From assembly GCA_963662795.1 (NCBI GenBank), contig OY759746.1, forward strand, positions 3,392,001 to 3,456,000: a DNA stretch of 64,000 nucleotides. Reading direction: 5' to 3'. This DNA comes from Spirochaetia bacterium (lineage in GTDB: Bacteria; Spirochaetota; Spirochaetia; CADAEX01). The translations under genes were made by a program, and so were the position numbers. The first letter of the stretch is position 1. The number at the start of each line of letters is the position of its first letter. Below, one piece after another: positions 9,332 to 19,868 of the stretch. The notes beneath the pieces are model-generated. The model was not told where the DNA came from, searched no databases, and was given only the letters and a program-made list of their open reading frames with translations.

Positions 9332-10981
9332 ATGCTTAAACCGCTCGAAATAAATAAAAATTTTAAAAAAAGAAAAGGGCCTGTCCTTCTTGTCATTATG
9401 GACGGAGTAGGATTCGGGAAATACAGGGAAGGGGATGCTGTTTTAAACTCACTTACCCCGAATTTGGATAATCTGATAAAAAAATACCCGTTTACAAAGC
9501 TTAAAGCCCATGGAAAAGCTGTTGGTCTGCCGTCTGATGATGATATGGGCAACAGCGAGGTAGGTCATAACGCAATGGGATGCGGGAGGGTGTTTTCGCA
9601 GGGGGCAATGCTTGTAACTGACTCAATTAAGACAGGCAGGATGTTTGAAGGGGCGACCTGGAAAAAACTTGTTTCCAATATAGTTCTTTCCGGGAAAACA
9701 CTCCATTTTATCGGCCTGTTTTCTGACGGGAATGTTCATAGTCACATGGATCACCTTAAAGCCATGATTGAAAAAGCAAAGGAAGAAAAAGTTTCCCGTG
9801 TAAGAGTTCATATACTTCTTGATGGAAGGGATGTCGGTGAGACATCCGCCCTTGAATATATCAATCCATTTGAGGAATATCTTGATAAACTCAGAAGCCC
9901 CTCCTTTGACTGCTTAATCGCTTCCGGCGGAGGCAGGATGGCAATTACCATGGACAGGTACGGAGCCAACTGGAAAATGGTAGAGGACGGCTGGAAAACA
10001 CATGTTCTCGGTGAGGGGAGGATGTTTAAATCAGCAAAAGAGGCTGTGGAAATATTAAGGGCTGAAACCGGGTCAATCGATCAGGATATAAAACCTTTTA
10101 TTATAGAGAAAAACGGCAAGCCGGCAGGCACCATTGAGGATGGGGATTCTGTAATATTCTATAACTTCAGGGGCGACAGGGCCCTTGAAATTACAGAGGC
10201 TTTTGAGAAAAAGGAATTTAAAAAATTTGACCGAAAAAGGTACCCTGCTGTGCAGTATGCGGGGATGATGGAGTATGACGGAGACCTGCACGTGCCTGCA
10301 CAGTACCTTGTCGAACCGCCGTCAATTGACAGAACAATGGGGGAATATCTTGCCGCCTCAGGAGTAAAAACACTTGCGATCAGCGAAACGCAGAAATACG
10401 GGCATGTAACCTATTTTTTCAACGGCAACAGGACAGGTAAGTTCGATGAAAAACTTGAGGATTACATAGAAATCCTTTCAGATGTAGTTCCTTTTGAGGA
10501 AAGACCCTGGATGAAATGCGCAGATATTACAGACAAGGTGATAGAAGCTGTAAAGTCAGGAAAATATGATTACATAAGACTTAACTTCCCTAACGGTGAC
10601 ATGGTGGGGCATACCGGTATATATGAAGCGGTTGTCTGTTCAATGGAAGCACTTGACCTGTGCCTCGGCAGGCTATATAAGGCTGTGACTGAAGCATCGG
10701 GAGTCATGATTGTAACTGCTGATCACGGAAATGCTGATGATATGTTTGAACATGATAAAAAAGGTGATGTTAAAATTAAGAAAAACGGGAAACCAAAGGC
10801 AAAAACATCGCATTCCCTTAATCCTGTACCATGTATTGTTTATGATCCTGAATATAAGGGTGAATATGATAAGAATCTGAATGAGGGGCTTGGCATAAGC
10901 TCAATTGCCGCAACCAGTATAGAGCTGCTCGGGTTTAATCCGCCGGAGGATTATGATAAATCAGTCTTAAACTGGAAATAG
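9332..10981 (+). CDS. gpmI: 2,3-bisphosphoglycerate-independent phosphoglycerate mutase
   Basis: LVIMDGVG, MGNSEVGH, SDGNVHSH, NFRGDR, ETQKYGHVTYFFNG, DMVGHTG, TADHGNA. Confidence 0.96.
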   Translation: MLKPLEINKNFKKRKGPVLLVIMDGVGFGKYREGDAVLNSLTPNLDNLIKKYPFTKLKAHGKAVGLPSDDDMGNSEVGHNAMGCGRVFSQGAMLVTDSIKTGRMFEGATWKKLVSNIVLSGKTLHFIGLFSDGNVHSHMDHLKAMIEKAKEEKVSRVRVHILLDGRDVGETSALEYINPFEEYLDKLRSPSFDCLIASGGGRMAITMDRYGANWKMVEDGWKTHVLGEGRMFKSAKEAVEILRAETGSIDQDIKPFIIEKNGKPAGTIEDGDSVIFYNFRGDRALEITEAFEKKEFKKFDRKRYPAVQYAGMMEYDGDLHVPAQYLVEPPSIDRTMGEYLAASGVKTLAISETQKYGHVTYFFNGNRTGKFDEKLEDYIEILSDVVPFEERPWMKCADITDKVIEAVKSGKYDYIRLNFPNGDMVGHTGIYEAVVCSMEALDLCLGRLYKAVTEASGVMIVTADHGNADDMFEHDKKGDVKIKKNGKPKAKTSHSLNPVPCIVYDPEYKGEYDKNLNEGLGISSIAATSIELLGFNPPEDYDKSVLNWK

Positions 10982-10999
10982 TATAAGGTTAATCATTTT

Positions 11000-11027
11000 G
11001 CCGGTTCCGTTCGGGACCGGCCTTTTT
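11000..11027 (+). terminator. Intrinsic terminator after gpmI
   Basis: GCCGGTTCC-gttc-GGGACCGGC stem followed by CTTTTT. Confidence 0.75.
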
Positions 11028-11065
11028 AAGTAAATACAAAAGTTGATGATGTTTACAATATTTAT

Positions 11066-11941
11066 TCAGAAATCGTAATAGACCCATTGCCTTGCGAAAT
11101 CGCGGAATCCGAAATCCTTTATTTTATCTTTGTACTCTTCGAAGTTATCCCCGTAATGCATTAAAAGCATCTTCTTTTTTATTTCCGGCTGAAGGGTTTT
11201 AAGCTCATCAATTCCTGAATGCACGCCGCCTGTGAAGAACTGGCAGTCGTGAAATATCGCCTTGAAATTATGTTTTTCATCAAGTTCGTAAAGAAAATCC
11301 GGATCAAATCTGGTATCGCCGGAATAGAGTACCTTATCATCAATAATAACTCCGCAGCTCCAGAATCCGCTGTCCCAGGTATCTTCTTCAGGAACATGCA
11401 TTGTCCTGAACATCCTGATATCAATTTTACCGGTGTTGTAATGATATGCATCCCGTGAGTAATCATTTATTCTTTCAGGATATTTCACCTCAAAGAAATC
11501 CTCAAAAACAAGAGGATACCCGAAATCATCCTGATTAAAACCGCATCCCCCGCGGAGCGATAAGTCCCAGAGAAGGTGTTTGTACGTTTTTGTGATAATT
11601 ATTTCAGGCTTTGTCTTTGTAATATATTTACCGGAAAGCATGACCTCTTCAAGACCGCCGATATGGTCAGCGTGAGAGTGTGTAATGAGATACTTTTTTA
11701 TTTTTGATATCGGAACCCCGAGTTCATGGAATGCCTGCGGGGTTTTAGTGCCACAGTCGATTAAAATATGATCATCACCTTTAATTATAAGGAGGTTGGT
11801 CTGATAGAGTTTTTTTGTAAAAGCACTCCCTGTTCCTATGAAAAAGAGCGAAAGCCGCCCGTCATTACCAAGTGACAGTTTTTCTTCTTCATTTTCCCTT
11901 ATTTTATACTTCATTGGTATAATATCGGCCCGATTATTCAT
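11066..11941 (-). CDS. Metallo-beta-lactamase-fold hydrolase (RNase Z/phosphodiesterase-like)
   Basis: FIGTGSAF, LIDCG, ITHSHADHIGG (HxHxDH), YSGDT, FHDCQ, GVH, LMHYGD. Confidence 0.85.
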   Translation of the reverse strand: MNNRADIIPMKYKIRENEEEKLSLGNDGRLSLFFIGTGSAFTKKLYQTNLLIIKGDDHILIDCGTKTPQAFHELGVPISKIKKYLITHSHADHIGGLEEVMLSGKYITKTKPEIIITKTYKHLLWDLSLRGGCGFNQDDFGYPLVFEDFFEVKYPERINDYSRDAYHYNTGKIDIRMFRTMHVPEEDTWDSGFWSCGVIIDDKVLYSGDTRFDPDFLYELDEKHNFKAIFHDCQFFTGGVHSGIDELKTLQPEIKKKMLLMHYGDNFEEYKDKIKDFGFRDFARQWVYYDF

Positions 11942-12023
11942 AAAAATTAAAATGCAAAGATATTCAACATTTTTAATATTTATATTATATATGTATATGT
12001 AATTATTAATTCAGGAGAAGTAC

Positions 12024-13142
12024 ATGTTGAAGGTTGGATTTGTCGGGTACAGGGGAATGGTTGGTTCTGTCCTAATGAAAAGAATGGTTGAAGAGGGCGA
12101 TTTTAAGGGATTTGAAAAGGTTTTTTTCTCAACCTCGCAGACCGGGAAAAACGCTGTAATAGCAGGCGGTATTGAAACAGGCATTATGGAAGATGCTGAA
12201 AATATAGATAAGCTTAAACAGATGGATATAGTTGTAACATGCCAGGGGGGAGGCTACACTGAAAAGGTATATCCGCTTTTAATGGCTTCCGGCTGGAAAG
12301 GGTACTGGATTGATGCGGCTTCAACACTTCGGATGAAGGATGACAGCATAATAGTTCTTGATCCTGTCAACAGACCGGTAATCGATAAGGCACTTAAAAA
12401 CGGCATAAAATGCTATGTTGGCGGCAACTGCACAGTAAGTCTTATGCTGATGGGACTAAACGGTCTTTTTCAGAACAACCTTGTCGATTGGGTCAGCTCA
12501 ATGACTTATCAGGCATCATCCGGCGCAGGGGCCAAAAACATGAAAGAACTTCTTGCACAGATGAAGCAGCTCGGCAGCGCAGCCGGTGAAATGATAAATG
12601 ACCCTGCATCCGCGATTCTAGAAGTGGACAGGCTTGTGTCTGAGAAAATGAGGGCAAGCAGTTTTCCGGTTGACAACTTTAAAGTGCCTCTTGCCGGCAG
12701 CGTAATACCATGGATAGATAAAAAACTTGAAAGCGGGCAGTCAAAAGAGGAATGGAAAGGGGTAGCTGAAACCAACAAGATCCTTATGACGAAAAAGCAG
12801 ATTCCGGTAGACGGACTTTGTATAAGAGTAGGAGTCATGAGATGCCACAGCCAGGCTATTACAATTAAAATGAATAAAAATGTTCCGCTTGATGATATTT
12901 ACAGCATTATCGCATCTTCAAATGAATGGGTTAAGGTAATCCCCAATGAGGTGGAAAACTCTATCAGGGACCTTACTCCTGCCGCTGTTTCAGGAACGCT
13001 TGCCATTCCGGTAGGAAGGATCCGTAAAATGAATATAGGTCCTGAATATCTTACCCTGTTTACAGTCGGGGATCAGCTTTTATGGGGAGCGGCAGAACCA
13101 ATCAGGAGAATGCTTAATATAGCACTTGAACATCTGGGATAA
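12024..13142 (+). CDS. asd: Aspartate-semialdehyde dehydrogenase
   Basis: [28 protein letters not shown] (catalytic Cys), [30 protein letters not shown]. Confidence 0.96.
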   Translation: MLKVGFVGYRGMVGSVLMKRMVEEGDFKGFEKVFFSTSQTGKNAVIAGGIETGIMEDAENIDKLKQMDIVVTCQGGGYTEKVYPLLMASGWKGYWIDAASTLRMKDDSIIVLDPVNRPVIDKALKNGIKCYVGGNCTVSLMLMGLNGLFQNNLVDWVSSMTYQASSGAGAKNMKELLAQMKQLGSAAGEMINDPASAILEVDRLVSEKMRASSFPVDNFKVPLAGSVIPWIDKKLESGQSKEEWKGVAETNKILMTKKQIPVDGLCIRVGVMRCHSQAITIKMNKNVPLDDIYSIIASSNEWVKVIPNEVENSIRDLTPAAVSGTLAIPVGRIRKMNIGPEYLTLFTVGDQLLWGAAEPIRRMLNIALEHLG

Positions 13143-13166
13143 TTATTTTTAACGGTAAATTTTTTC

Positions 13167-13215
13167 TGCCTTTTTGATGCCTCCAGACAGGAAGCTTCAA
13201 AAAGGCATTTTTTTT
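13167..13215. terminator. Terminator between convergent asd and the K+ channel gene
   Basis: TGCCTTTTTGA...TCAAAAAGGCA stem followed by a T8 tract. Confidence 0.75.
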
Positions 13216-13237
13216 ACAGAAATTTTCCCTGCCGCCC

Positions 13238-14221
13238 TCAGATGTGCGAACTTACCTTTATCATATCTTCTTTTTTACCCATCATGACAAGTACATCATA
13301 TTCTTCAAGTATCTCTGTCGGCTGGGGATTAAAAATCATCTCACCGTTATGTTTTTTTATCAGTACAATAATTACCCCGTAATCTCTTCTCAGATTTGAC
13401 TGTATAAGATTTTTTCCCGCAAGGCTTGAACCTGAACTTATGACAGATTCCTCCATCTGCAGTTCAAGGTTATTTTCGAGTGTCGCAATATCAATAAAAT
13501 CCACAACAGTAGGTTTTATCAGGATCTGGGCCATCCTTTTTCCGCCGATATAGTATGGAGAAAGAACACGTGTGGCGCCGGCTCTTTTCAGTTTTATCTC
13601 GTTTTTTTCCTCCGAAGCCCGTGCAAGGATAAATATATGAGGATTAAGTTCCCTTGCCGTAAGCGTGATAAATACGTTATCGGAATCTGATTTTACAGTA
13701 ATGACAATAGCTTTTGCCTTTTTTATCCCTGCCTTGATCAAAGTATTGTCAAGTGTCGCATCCATCGGCAAAGACAGGTATCCTTCAGATTCAAGCTCTT
13801 CGTATATTTTTTCGTTATTCTCCAATATAACATTTTTCATTTTTCGCGCTTCAAGCTCGTCAACAATTATTTTACCTATGGAGCCGTATCCGCAGATAAT
13901 GTAATGATCTGATAATTTACTTATTTTTTTTTCCACTTTTCTTCTCCCGAGGCTCTTGTGAAGGTCTCCCTCAACCAGCATTTTAAGTATGCTTCCCAAT
14001 GTATAACCAGCGATGGTTATCCCTGTTGCAATTACGAACATTGTAATAATGCGTCCGGGCACTGAAAGGGTTTTTACCTCTTCAAAGCCCACCGTGCTTA
14101 TTGTTATGATTGTCATATAAAATGCATCGAAAAAAGGCATTTTTTCAACTATGTGATAGCCTGCTGTTCCTGTAGTTATTGTAATTGCAAGAAGCAATAA
14201 TGCTGTGCGAAGTTTTTTCAA
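13238..14221 (-). CDS. Potassium channel family protein (2-TM pore + RCK/TrkA-N and TrkA-C domains)
   Basis: Pore helix FFDAFYMTIITISTVGF, HYIICGYGSIG Rossmann motif, TrkA-C tail; TTG start. Confidence 0.9.
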   Translation of the reverse strand: MKKLRTALLLLAITITTGTAGYHIVEKMPFFDAFYMTIITISTVGFEEVKTLSVPGRIITMFVIATGITIAGYTLGSILKMLVEGDLHKSLGRRKVEKKISKLSDHYIICGYGSIGKIIVDELEARKMKNVILENNEKIYEELESEGYLSLPMDATLDNTLIKAGIKKAKAIVITVKSDSDNVFITLTARELNPHIFILARASEEKNEIKLKRAGATRVLSPYYIGGKRMAQILIKPTVVDFIDIATLENNLELQMEESVISSGSSLAGKNLIQSNLRRDYGVIIVLIKKHNGEMIFNPQPTEILEEYDVLVMMGKKEDMIKVSSHI

Positions 14222-14240
14222 TATTTATTTCCTGAAACTT

Positions 14241-14272
14241 AAAAATTTGCAGCCGGATTTAAACCGGCTGCA
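14241..14272 (-). terminator. Intrinsic terminator after phosphoketolase
   Basis: TGCAGCCGG-N7-CCGGCTGCA perfect 9-bp stem, followed by AATTTTT on the minus strand. Confidence 0.7.
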
Positions 14273-14314
14273 GTATGATGCTATGCAATATACAAACACA
14301 TTAGAGAGGCCGTT

Positions 14315-16690
14315 TCAGTAAGGCCATACCCAGTCTTTTATCTCACTCATGTCATCTCCGTGTTTTTCAATATATTCCTTGTGTGTAATAAGAATGTCCC
14401 TCATTTCCTGTTTGACATGGGCTCCTGTTTTGTCAAGTGCAGGAAGCCGGTCAATTACATCCATAACAAGGTGAAACCGGTCAAGGTCATTCATTACAAC
14501 CATATCAAAAGGCGTAGTGGTAGTCCCTTCTTCCTTGTACCCCCTGACATGAAGATTTTTATGATTTGTTCTTCTGTAGGTAAGTCTGTGAATAAGCCAG
14601 GGGTAGCCGTGGAAAGCAAATATTACAGGTTTATCCTTTGTAAAGATGGAATCAAAATTCTTGTCTGAAAGGCCGTGCGGATGTTCGCTCTCAGGCTGCA
14701 GGGTCATGAGGTCAACAACATTTACTACCCTTACCTTAAGATCAGGAAAATTCTGTCTTAAGATATCTACTGCCGCCAGGGTCTCCATGGTAGGGATATC
14801 GCCGCAGCATCCCATTACAACATCAGGCTCAGCTCCCCCGTCGTTGCTTGCCCATTTCCAGATTCCTATACCTGCGCTGCAGTGTTTGATTGCGCTGTCC
14901 ATATCCAAAAACTGAAGCGCGTTCTGTTTACCTGCGACAATTACATTTATGTAATCCCGGCTTTTAAGGCAATGGTCTGTAACCGACAGCAGTGTGTTGG
15001 CGTCAGGCGGAAGATATACGCGGACAATCCCTGCCTTTTTATTGATAACGTGATCAATAAATCCCGGATCCTGATGGCTGAAACCGTTGTGGTCCTGCCT
15101 CCAGACATGGGAGGTAAGGAGATAGTTAAGGGAAGCTATCGGTCTCCGCCAGGGGATTTCCCTTGTAACCTTAAGCCATTTGGCGTGCTGGTTGAACATT
15201 GAGTCTATTATGTGGATAAAAGCCTCGTAGCATGAGAAAAACCCGTGTCTTCCTGTAAGGAGGTAACCTTCAAGCCACCCCTGGCACATGTGCTCGCTTA
15301 AAACTTCCATGACCCGGCCGTCAGGCGATATATGTTCATCCTCCGCTATGATTTCTCCTGTTGATACCCTGTCTGTTACTTCGAACAGGGCTGAAAGCCT
15401 GTTCGATGATGTTTCATCAGGGCCCATGATCCTGAAGTTGGCAGCGTCCATATTGAGTTTCATTACATCCCTGAGGAATTTGCCCATTACCTTTGTAGCT
15501 TCTGCATAGGTTGTTCCCGGTTTTTCAACTGCTTCGGCATAATTTCTGAAATCAGGCATCTTGAGATTTTTCATGATGGCGCCGCCGTTCGAGTTTGGAT
15601 TGGCTCCCATTCTTTTATTGCCTTCAGGTGCAAGCTCTTTTAGTTCAGGGATAAGCGCCCCGTTTTCATCAAAGAGTTTTTCCGGCTGATAGCTCTTCAT
15701 CCATTTTTCAAGGATTTTTATATGGTCCGGTTTAGCGGCAAGCTCTGAAAGGGGAACCTGATGGGACCTGAATGAGCCCTCTGTTCTCTTGCCGTCGATA
15801 AATTCAGGACATGTCCATCCCTTTGGCGTTTTAAGTATAATCATCGGCCAGCGGGGTCTTCCCTGATATCCTTCAGTCCGGGCTTTTTTCTGAATCGCCT
15901 TTATTTCCCTGATAGCTTTTTCAGAAATTTCCGCCATCAGTGTGTGTGTTTTTACAGGATCGCTCCCTTCGACATAATAAGGTTTATATCCATAACCTGA
16001 AAACAGCATTTCAAGCTCACTTTGAGGCATTCTGGCAAAAATGGTTGGGTTAGCTATTTTGTAGCCGTTAAGGTGCAGTATAGGCAGCACAGCGCCGTCC
16101 CTGACAGGGTTCAGGAATTTATTTGAATGCCAGCTTGCTGCAAGTGCCCCTGTTTCAGCCTCTCCGTCTCCGACGACACAGCATGCTATAAGGTCAGGGT
16201 TGTCAAAGACAGCCCCGTAGGCATGGAGAACAGCATAACCGAGTTCACCCCCTTCGTGGATAGAACCCGGGGTTTCAGGGGCGACATGGCTTGGTATTCC
16301 GCCGGGGAATGAAAACTGCCTGAAAAGCTTTTTCATCCCTTCCTCGTCCTGTGATATATCGGGACATATTTCGCTGTATGTCCCTTCGAGATAGGTGTTG
16401 GCCACAAGTCCCGGGCCGCCATGACCCGGTCCTGTAATATAAATCATGTCAAGATTATATTTTTTGATCAGCCTGTTAAAATGAACGTATATGAAATTTA
16501 GCCCCGGCGTTGTTCCCCAGTGGCCGAGAAGGCGGGGTTTAATATGTTCAAGTTTAAGCGGTTCCTTAAGGAGGGGGTTATCCAGAAGATAAATCTGTCC
16601 CACCGACAGGTAGTTTGCCGCGTTCCAGTAGGCAATCATTTTATCAAGTTCATTTCCGGAAAGCGCTTTGTTTTTTTTGTTTACTGACAT
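14315..16690 (-). CDS. xfp: Xylulose-5-phosphate/fructose-6-phosphate phosphoketolase
   Basis: [34 protein letters not shown] (ThDP binding), [26 protein letters not shown]. Start placed at ATG 16690 behind AAGGAG. Confidence 0.96.
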   Translation of the reverse strand: MSVNKKNKALSGNELDKMIAYWNAANYLSVGQIYLLDNPLLKEPLKLEHIKPRLLGHWGTTPGLNFIYVHFNRLIKKYNLDMIYITGPGHGGPGLVANTYLEGTYSEICPDISQDEEGMKKLFRQFSFPGGIPSHVAPETPGSIHEGGELGYAVLHAYGAVFDNPDLIACCVVGDGEAETGALAASWHSNKFLNPVRDGAVLPILHLNGYKIANPTIFARMPQSELEMLFSGYGYKPYYVEGSDPVKTHTLMAEISEKAIREIKAIQKKARTEGYQGRPRWPMIILKTPKGWTCPEFIDGKRTEGSFRSHQVPLSELAAKPDHIKILEKWMKSYQPEKLFDENGALIPELKELAPEGNKRMGANPNSNGGAIMKNLKMPDFRNYAEAVEKPGTTYAEATKVMGKFLRDVMKLNMDAANFRIMGPDETSSNRLSALFEVTDRVSTGEIIAEDEHISPDGRVMEVLSEHMCQGWLEGYLLTGRHGFFSCYEAFIHIIDSMFNQHAKWLKVTREIPWRRPIASLNYLLTSHVWRQDHNGFSHQDPGFIDHVINKKAGIVRVYLPPDANTLLSVTDHCLKSRDYINVIVAGKQNALQFLDMDSAIKHCSAGIGIWKWASNDGGAEPDVVMGCCGDIPTMETLAAVDILRQNFPDLKVRVVNVVDLMTLQPESEHPHGLSDKNFDSIFTKDKPVIFAFHGYPWLIHRLTYRRTNHKNLHVRGYKEEGTTTTPFDMVVMNDLDRFHLVMDVIDRLPALDKTGAHVKQEMRDILITHKEYIEKHGDDMSEIKDWVWPY

Positions 16691-16720
16691 TTTTCTCTCC
16701 TTCATTTCTTATAGACGGTT

Positions 16721-18478
16721 TTAAACACTTATTTCACCGAGAAGCATTTTAAGCTCCCTGATCTGGGAGACAAGCTTGCTTCTGTCAAGGTTCTGAAATT
16801 TCTTTGGAACCATTTCCCGGCTTGTGCATTCCACCACAGCGACAAGGTTCTGAAGGTCTATCTCATGGGGATAGGCAGGAGGGACAAAGTCCCTGATTGT
16901 CTCTTCAAGATCGTCCCTTGTGATGATTACATGATTATTCATAGTCGCGGTAAATTTTGCCCGAATCAGAATAGCCTCAAGGTCTGCGCCCGATGAATCG
17001 AATTTGTATTTTTTCAACAGATCTGAAATGGAAATATCCTGCTGAACCTTGATTTTAAGTTTTTTGATAAGTGTATTAAAAAGATCTTCCTTTTCCTCGT
17101 TTGTTTCAGGGTAAAAGAGGGCAAGATGCTCCTCAGCTCTTCCCTGCCGTTTAAGGTCTATCGGGAGCAGGTCAGGACGGCACGTAATCAGAAACCAGAT
17201 AATCTTTCCGCGGTATTCCGTGTTGCCCATAAAGGACGCCAGCTGGGCAAATATCCTGTTGCTTGTTCCTGAATCCCCCTCCTGGTTTCTGTTCCCCAGG
17301 AATGCGTCAGCCTCATCTATAAGAACTCCGACAGGGGCCATGGCTTTTAGAATATTAAGTACCTTTTCAAAGTTTGATTCGCTCACTCCCTGCCATTTGG
17401 ACCTGAAATTCTTAAGCTTGATGATGGGAATCCCGATTTCACCGGCAAAGGCTGTTACCATGAATGATTTTCCTGTGCCGACAGGGCCTGAGACAAGATA
17501 ACCCATCGGCAGAACGTCAAGCCGCCCCTGTTTAATGGCGCGGGCTGCGCTTTTAAAACGTTTTTTCACAAACTCATGTCCTGACACCATTGAAAGATCA
17601 TGTTCGGATTCGACAAATTCAAGAAGCCCTGACGCTTCATTTTCTATTATCTCTTTTTTTCTCTGTTTCAGGTATTCAAGCGATATTGCCCTGTCTTCTT
17701 CGAAAGATTCCGCAGCAAGCTGGTTCAGGTTCATAAGATTAAGCCCGCTTGTGATTTTCGCGACCCTTTCAGGATTGAGGCGGTCTTCAAGAATCAGGGC
17801 ATTCTGCCTGTCAATGAATTTAAGAAAACTTGTCCTCACTTTCTCATCCGGAATCGGGATATTGACCTTTACCGTGGAAGGAGACCTTACAAGGCGGGGG
17901 CTGATGTCGGATAGATTTTCCGTAAGGAGAATCACCGAAATATCTCCTTTTGTGAAGATAGGGTCGTTACTCCATCTGTTAAGGGTAACAAGACAGTACC
18001 TGTCTTCATCGCTCATTCGCGGGATATCGGAGTTTGATATTATGGTTTCCGCATAATCTATAATAAGGATTATCCTTAGTTTTTTCGGCAGGTTTAAAAG
18101 GAAATATTTTTCAAGATACTTAAACGCTTTCGAAGGATCTGATGACAGCAGTTCTTCAGCTTCAATATCCGGATAGCTTGATTTCATGATTTTAAGATAA
18201 TCTTTCTGCATATCCTGCGAGCAGAAGTTTATCCCTGAAGACCTGTCGTAAAAGATTATAATATCCTTGTTGCCGAAAAGTACTTCGGATATGAATTCCT
18301 GTATCCTTACAAAAACAAACTCACCCTCATACATCTTGTTTGGAAGAAAATCCCTTATATTGCCGTTAAGAATGTAAAGGTTTGCGGTCTTTGAGCAGTA
18401 TTTGTAGGATAGTTCCTGAGCCCAGGCAGGAAGTATTTTTATAAAAGGTAGATTTTTAACTATAAGCTGTTCTGTCAT
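16721..18478 (-). CDS. AAA+ ATPase with a degenerate N-terminal AAA-like domain and an active C-terminal AAA domain
   Basis: C-terminal Walker A GPVGTGKS, pore loop SKWQG, Walker B LIDEAD, Arg finger LKRQGR. The N-terminal half has a Walker-B-like ILIIDYAE but no Walker A. Start placed at 18478 after a GGAG/GGGG SD. Confidence 0.85.
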   Translation of the reverse strand: MTEQLIVKNLPFIKILPAWAQELSYKYCSKTANLYILNGNIRDFLPNKMYEGEFVFVRIQEFISEVLFGNKDIIIFYDRSSGINFCSQDMQKDYLKIMKSSYPDIEAEELLSSDPSKAFKYLEKYFLLNLPKKLRIILIIDYAETIISNSDIPRMSDEDRYCLVTLNRWSNDPIFTKGDISVILLTENLSDISPRLVRSPSTVKVNIPIPDEKVRTSFLKFIDRQNALILEDRLNPERVAKITSGLNLMNLNQLAAESFEEDRAISLEYLKQRKKEIIENEASGLLEFVESEHDLSMVSGHEFVKKRFKSAARAIKQGRLDVLPMGYLVSGPVGTGKSFMVTAFAGEIGIPIIKLKNFRSKWQGVSESNFEKVLNILKAMAPVGVLIDEADAFLGNRNQEGDSGTSNRIFAQLASFMGNTEYRGKIIWFLITCRPDLLPIDLKRQGRAEEHLALFYPETNEEKEDLFNTLIKKLKIKVQQDISISDLLKKYKFDSSGADLEAILIRAKFTATMNNHVIITRDDLEETIRDFVPPAYPHEIDLQNLVAVVECTSREMVPKKFQNLDRSKLVSQIRELKMLLGEISV

Positions 18479-18596
18479 TTCCCCTCTCCACATAAAGATT
18501 AATCCCATAAGTTTTTATAAGTCAATACAGCGCATTAAAATAATTGAATATTAGAGCTTGCGCAGACTGATACGGCATATTAAAGTAGCAATTGTG

Positions 18597-19073
18597 ATGA
18601 ATTTAAATGAAATTGAGTCTATTGATATTTATACAGACGGCGGCTGCTCAGGCAATCCCGGCCCCGGGGGGTGGGGATTTGTGATCCTGTGCGGAGATGA
18701 CGTACTGAAAGGTTCAGGCCGTGACAGAGAGACCACAAACAACAGGATGGAGCTTAAGGCTGTAATAGAAGCGCTCCATTCCTTAAATGAAAAATGCGGC
18801 GGGGTGATGAAGGGATGCGGCCCCATTAGCGTAAGGATCTTTACCGATTCAACTTATGTAAAAAAAGGGATCTCGGAGTGGATCGAAAAATGGGTAAAAA
18901 ACGGCTGGAAAACCACTGATAAAAAAGATGTAAAGAACAGGGAGCTCTGGGTTGAACTTAAAGCCCTGTCAGATTCTTTTAACCCTGAGTGGAAGTGGGT
19001 AAAGGGGCATTCCGGCAATAAATGGAACGAGGAATGCGACCGCCTTGTGAGAGCCGAGATAGACGGCCGCTGA
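18597..19073 (+). CDS. rnhA: Ribonuclease HI
   Basis: IYTDGGCSGNPGPGGWG, TTNNRMEL, TDSTYV, WVKGHSG..WNEECD. Confidence 0.95.
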   Translation: MNLNEIESIDIYTDGGCSGNPGPGGWGFVILCGDDVLKGSGRDRETTNNRMELKAVIEALHSLNEKCGGVMKGCGPISVRIFTDSTYVKKGISEWIEKWVKNGWKTTDKKDVKNRELWVELKALSDSFNPEWKWVKGHSGNKWNEECDRLVRAEIDGR

Positions 19074-19135
19074 ATGTTTGACAGAGCATGTCTTAATGTA
19101 ACACGGTTAATATTATAAAGAAAGTTATCCGTATT

Positions 19136-19681
19136 TTATTCTGTTACAGGGCCCAGGTATCTGAATGCGGTTCCTCCGTCTGATGTAGTGACGTTTCCTG
19201 AGATATAATAATCAGTACCGTCAAAATTTACCGTTATTGTTCCTCCCGTGATTTCATACACTGTTCCGGTGGCATCCGGAAGAACAAAATTTATAATTAT
19301 ATAGGCATCATCATCGCATCTGAATTGTCCGGCAGCAGGGTCACCGCTGCTGAAATCATAATCATCCTGGGGAAATTCGAATTCTGATGAAAAAAATGTA
19401 ATGGAGATGTATTCCCCTTTGCCGCTGCCAGGTTTGGGATAAAGATTCAGATCTTCAGAAGCTATTGTAATGTAATGTTTGTAAACTCCAGGGAAAGCCC
19501 CTCCGACCTCCCCGTCATTATTTATGTGAAGCTTTGCCATGCTGTATTCACCTCCAGCGATTTTAAGCCAGCTGTCCCCCAGCTCTGTCTCATCAGACCC
19601 GCTGTCGCAGCCTGTAATTAAAAGAACAAAAAGAACTGTAAAAATAAAAATGATTCTTCCTGAAATATTAAATAATTTCAT
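19136..19681 (-). CDS. Acidic lipoprotein of unknown function
   Basis: ATG 19681 with AGGAGG SD; signal MKLFNISGRIIFIFTVLFVLLITG-C, then DSGSD. The longer ORF-track start is unlikely. Confidence 0.7.
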   Translation of the reverse strand: MKLFNISGRIIFIFTVLFVLLITGCDSGSDETELGDSWLKIAGGEYSMAKLHINNDGEVGGAFPGVYKHYITIASEDLNLYPKPGSGKGEYISITFFSSEFEFPQDDYDFSSGDPAAGQFRCDDDAYIIINFVLPDATGTVYEITGGTITVNFDGTDYYISGNVTTSDGGTAFRYLGPVTE

Positions 19682-19868
19682 ATACCGTATCCTCCTGAAA
19701 TTTTCATAAATTCTATGCCCGGGGAGGAGAGTCCAGCTATCGTGGAAATTACGTATTTTTAAGGTTTTCAGTAAAATATTTTGCTGCTGAGGAACTGTTT
19801 CCGTCTGTTTGCAGTCTGACTGAATCAATTTTAGTGATTAGTGAGTATATGAACCTGAAAGGGCTGTC

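Noticed and set aside
13238-14221. Non-canonical K+ filter TVGFEE instead of TVGYGD
   Set aside because: TVGF-x-E variants are common in this RCK-channel family.
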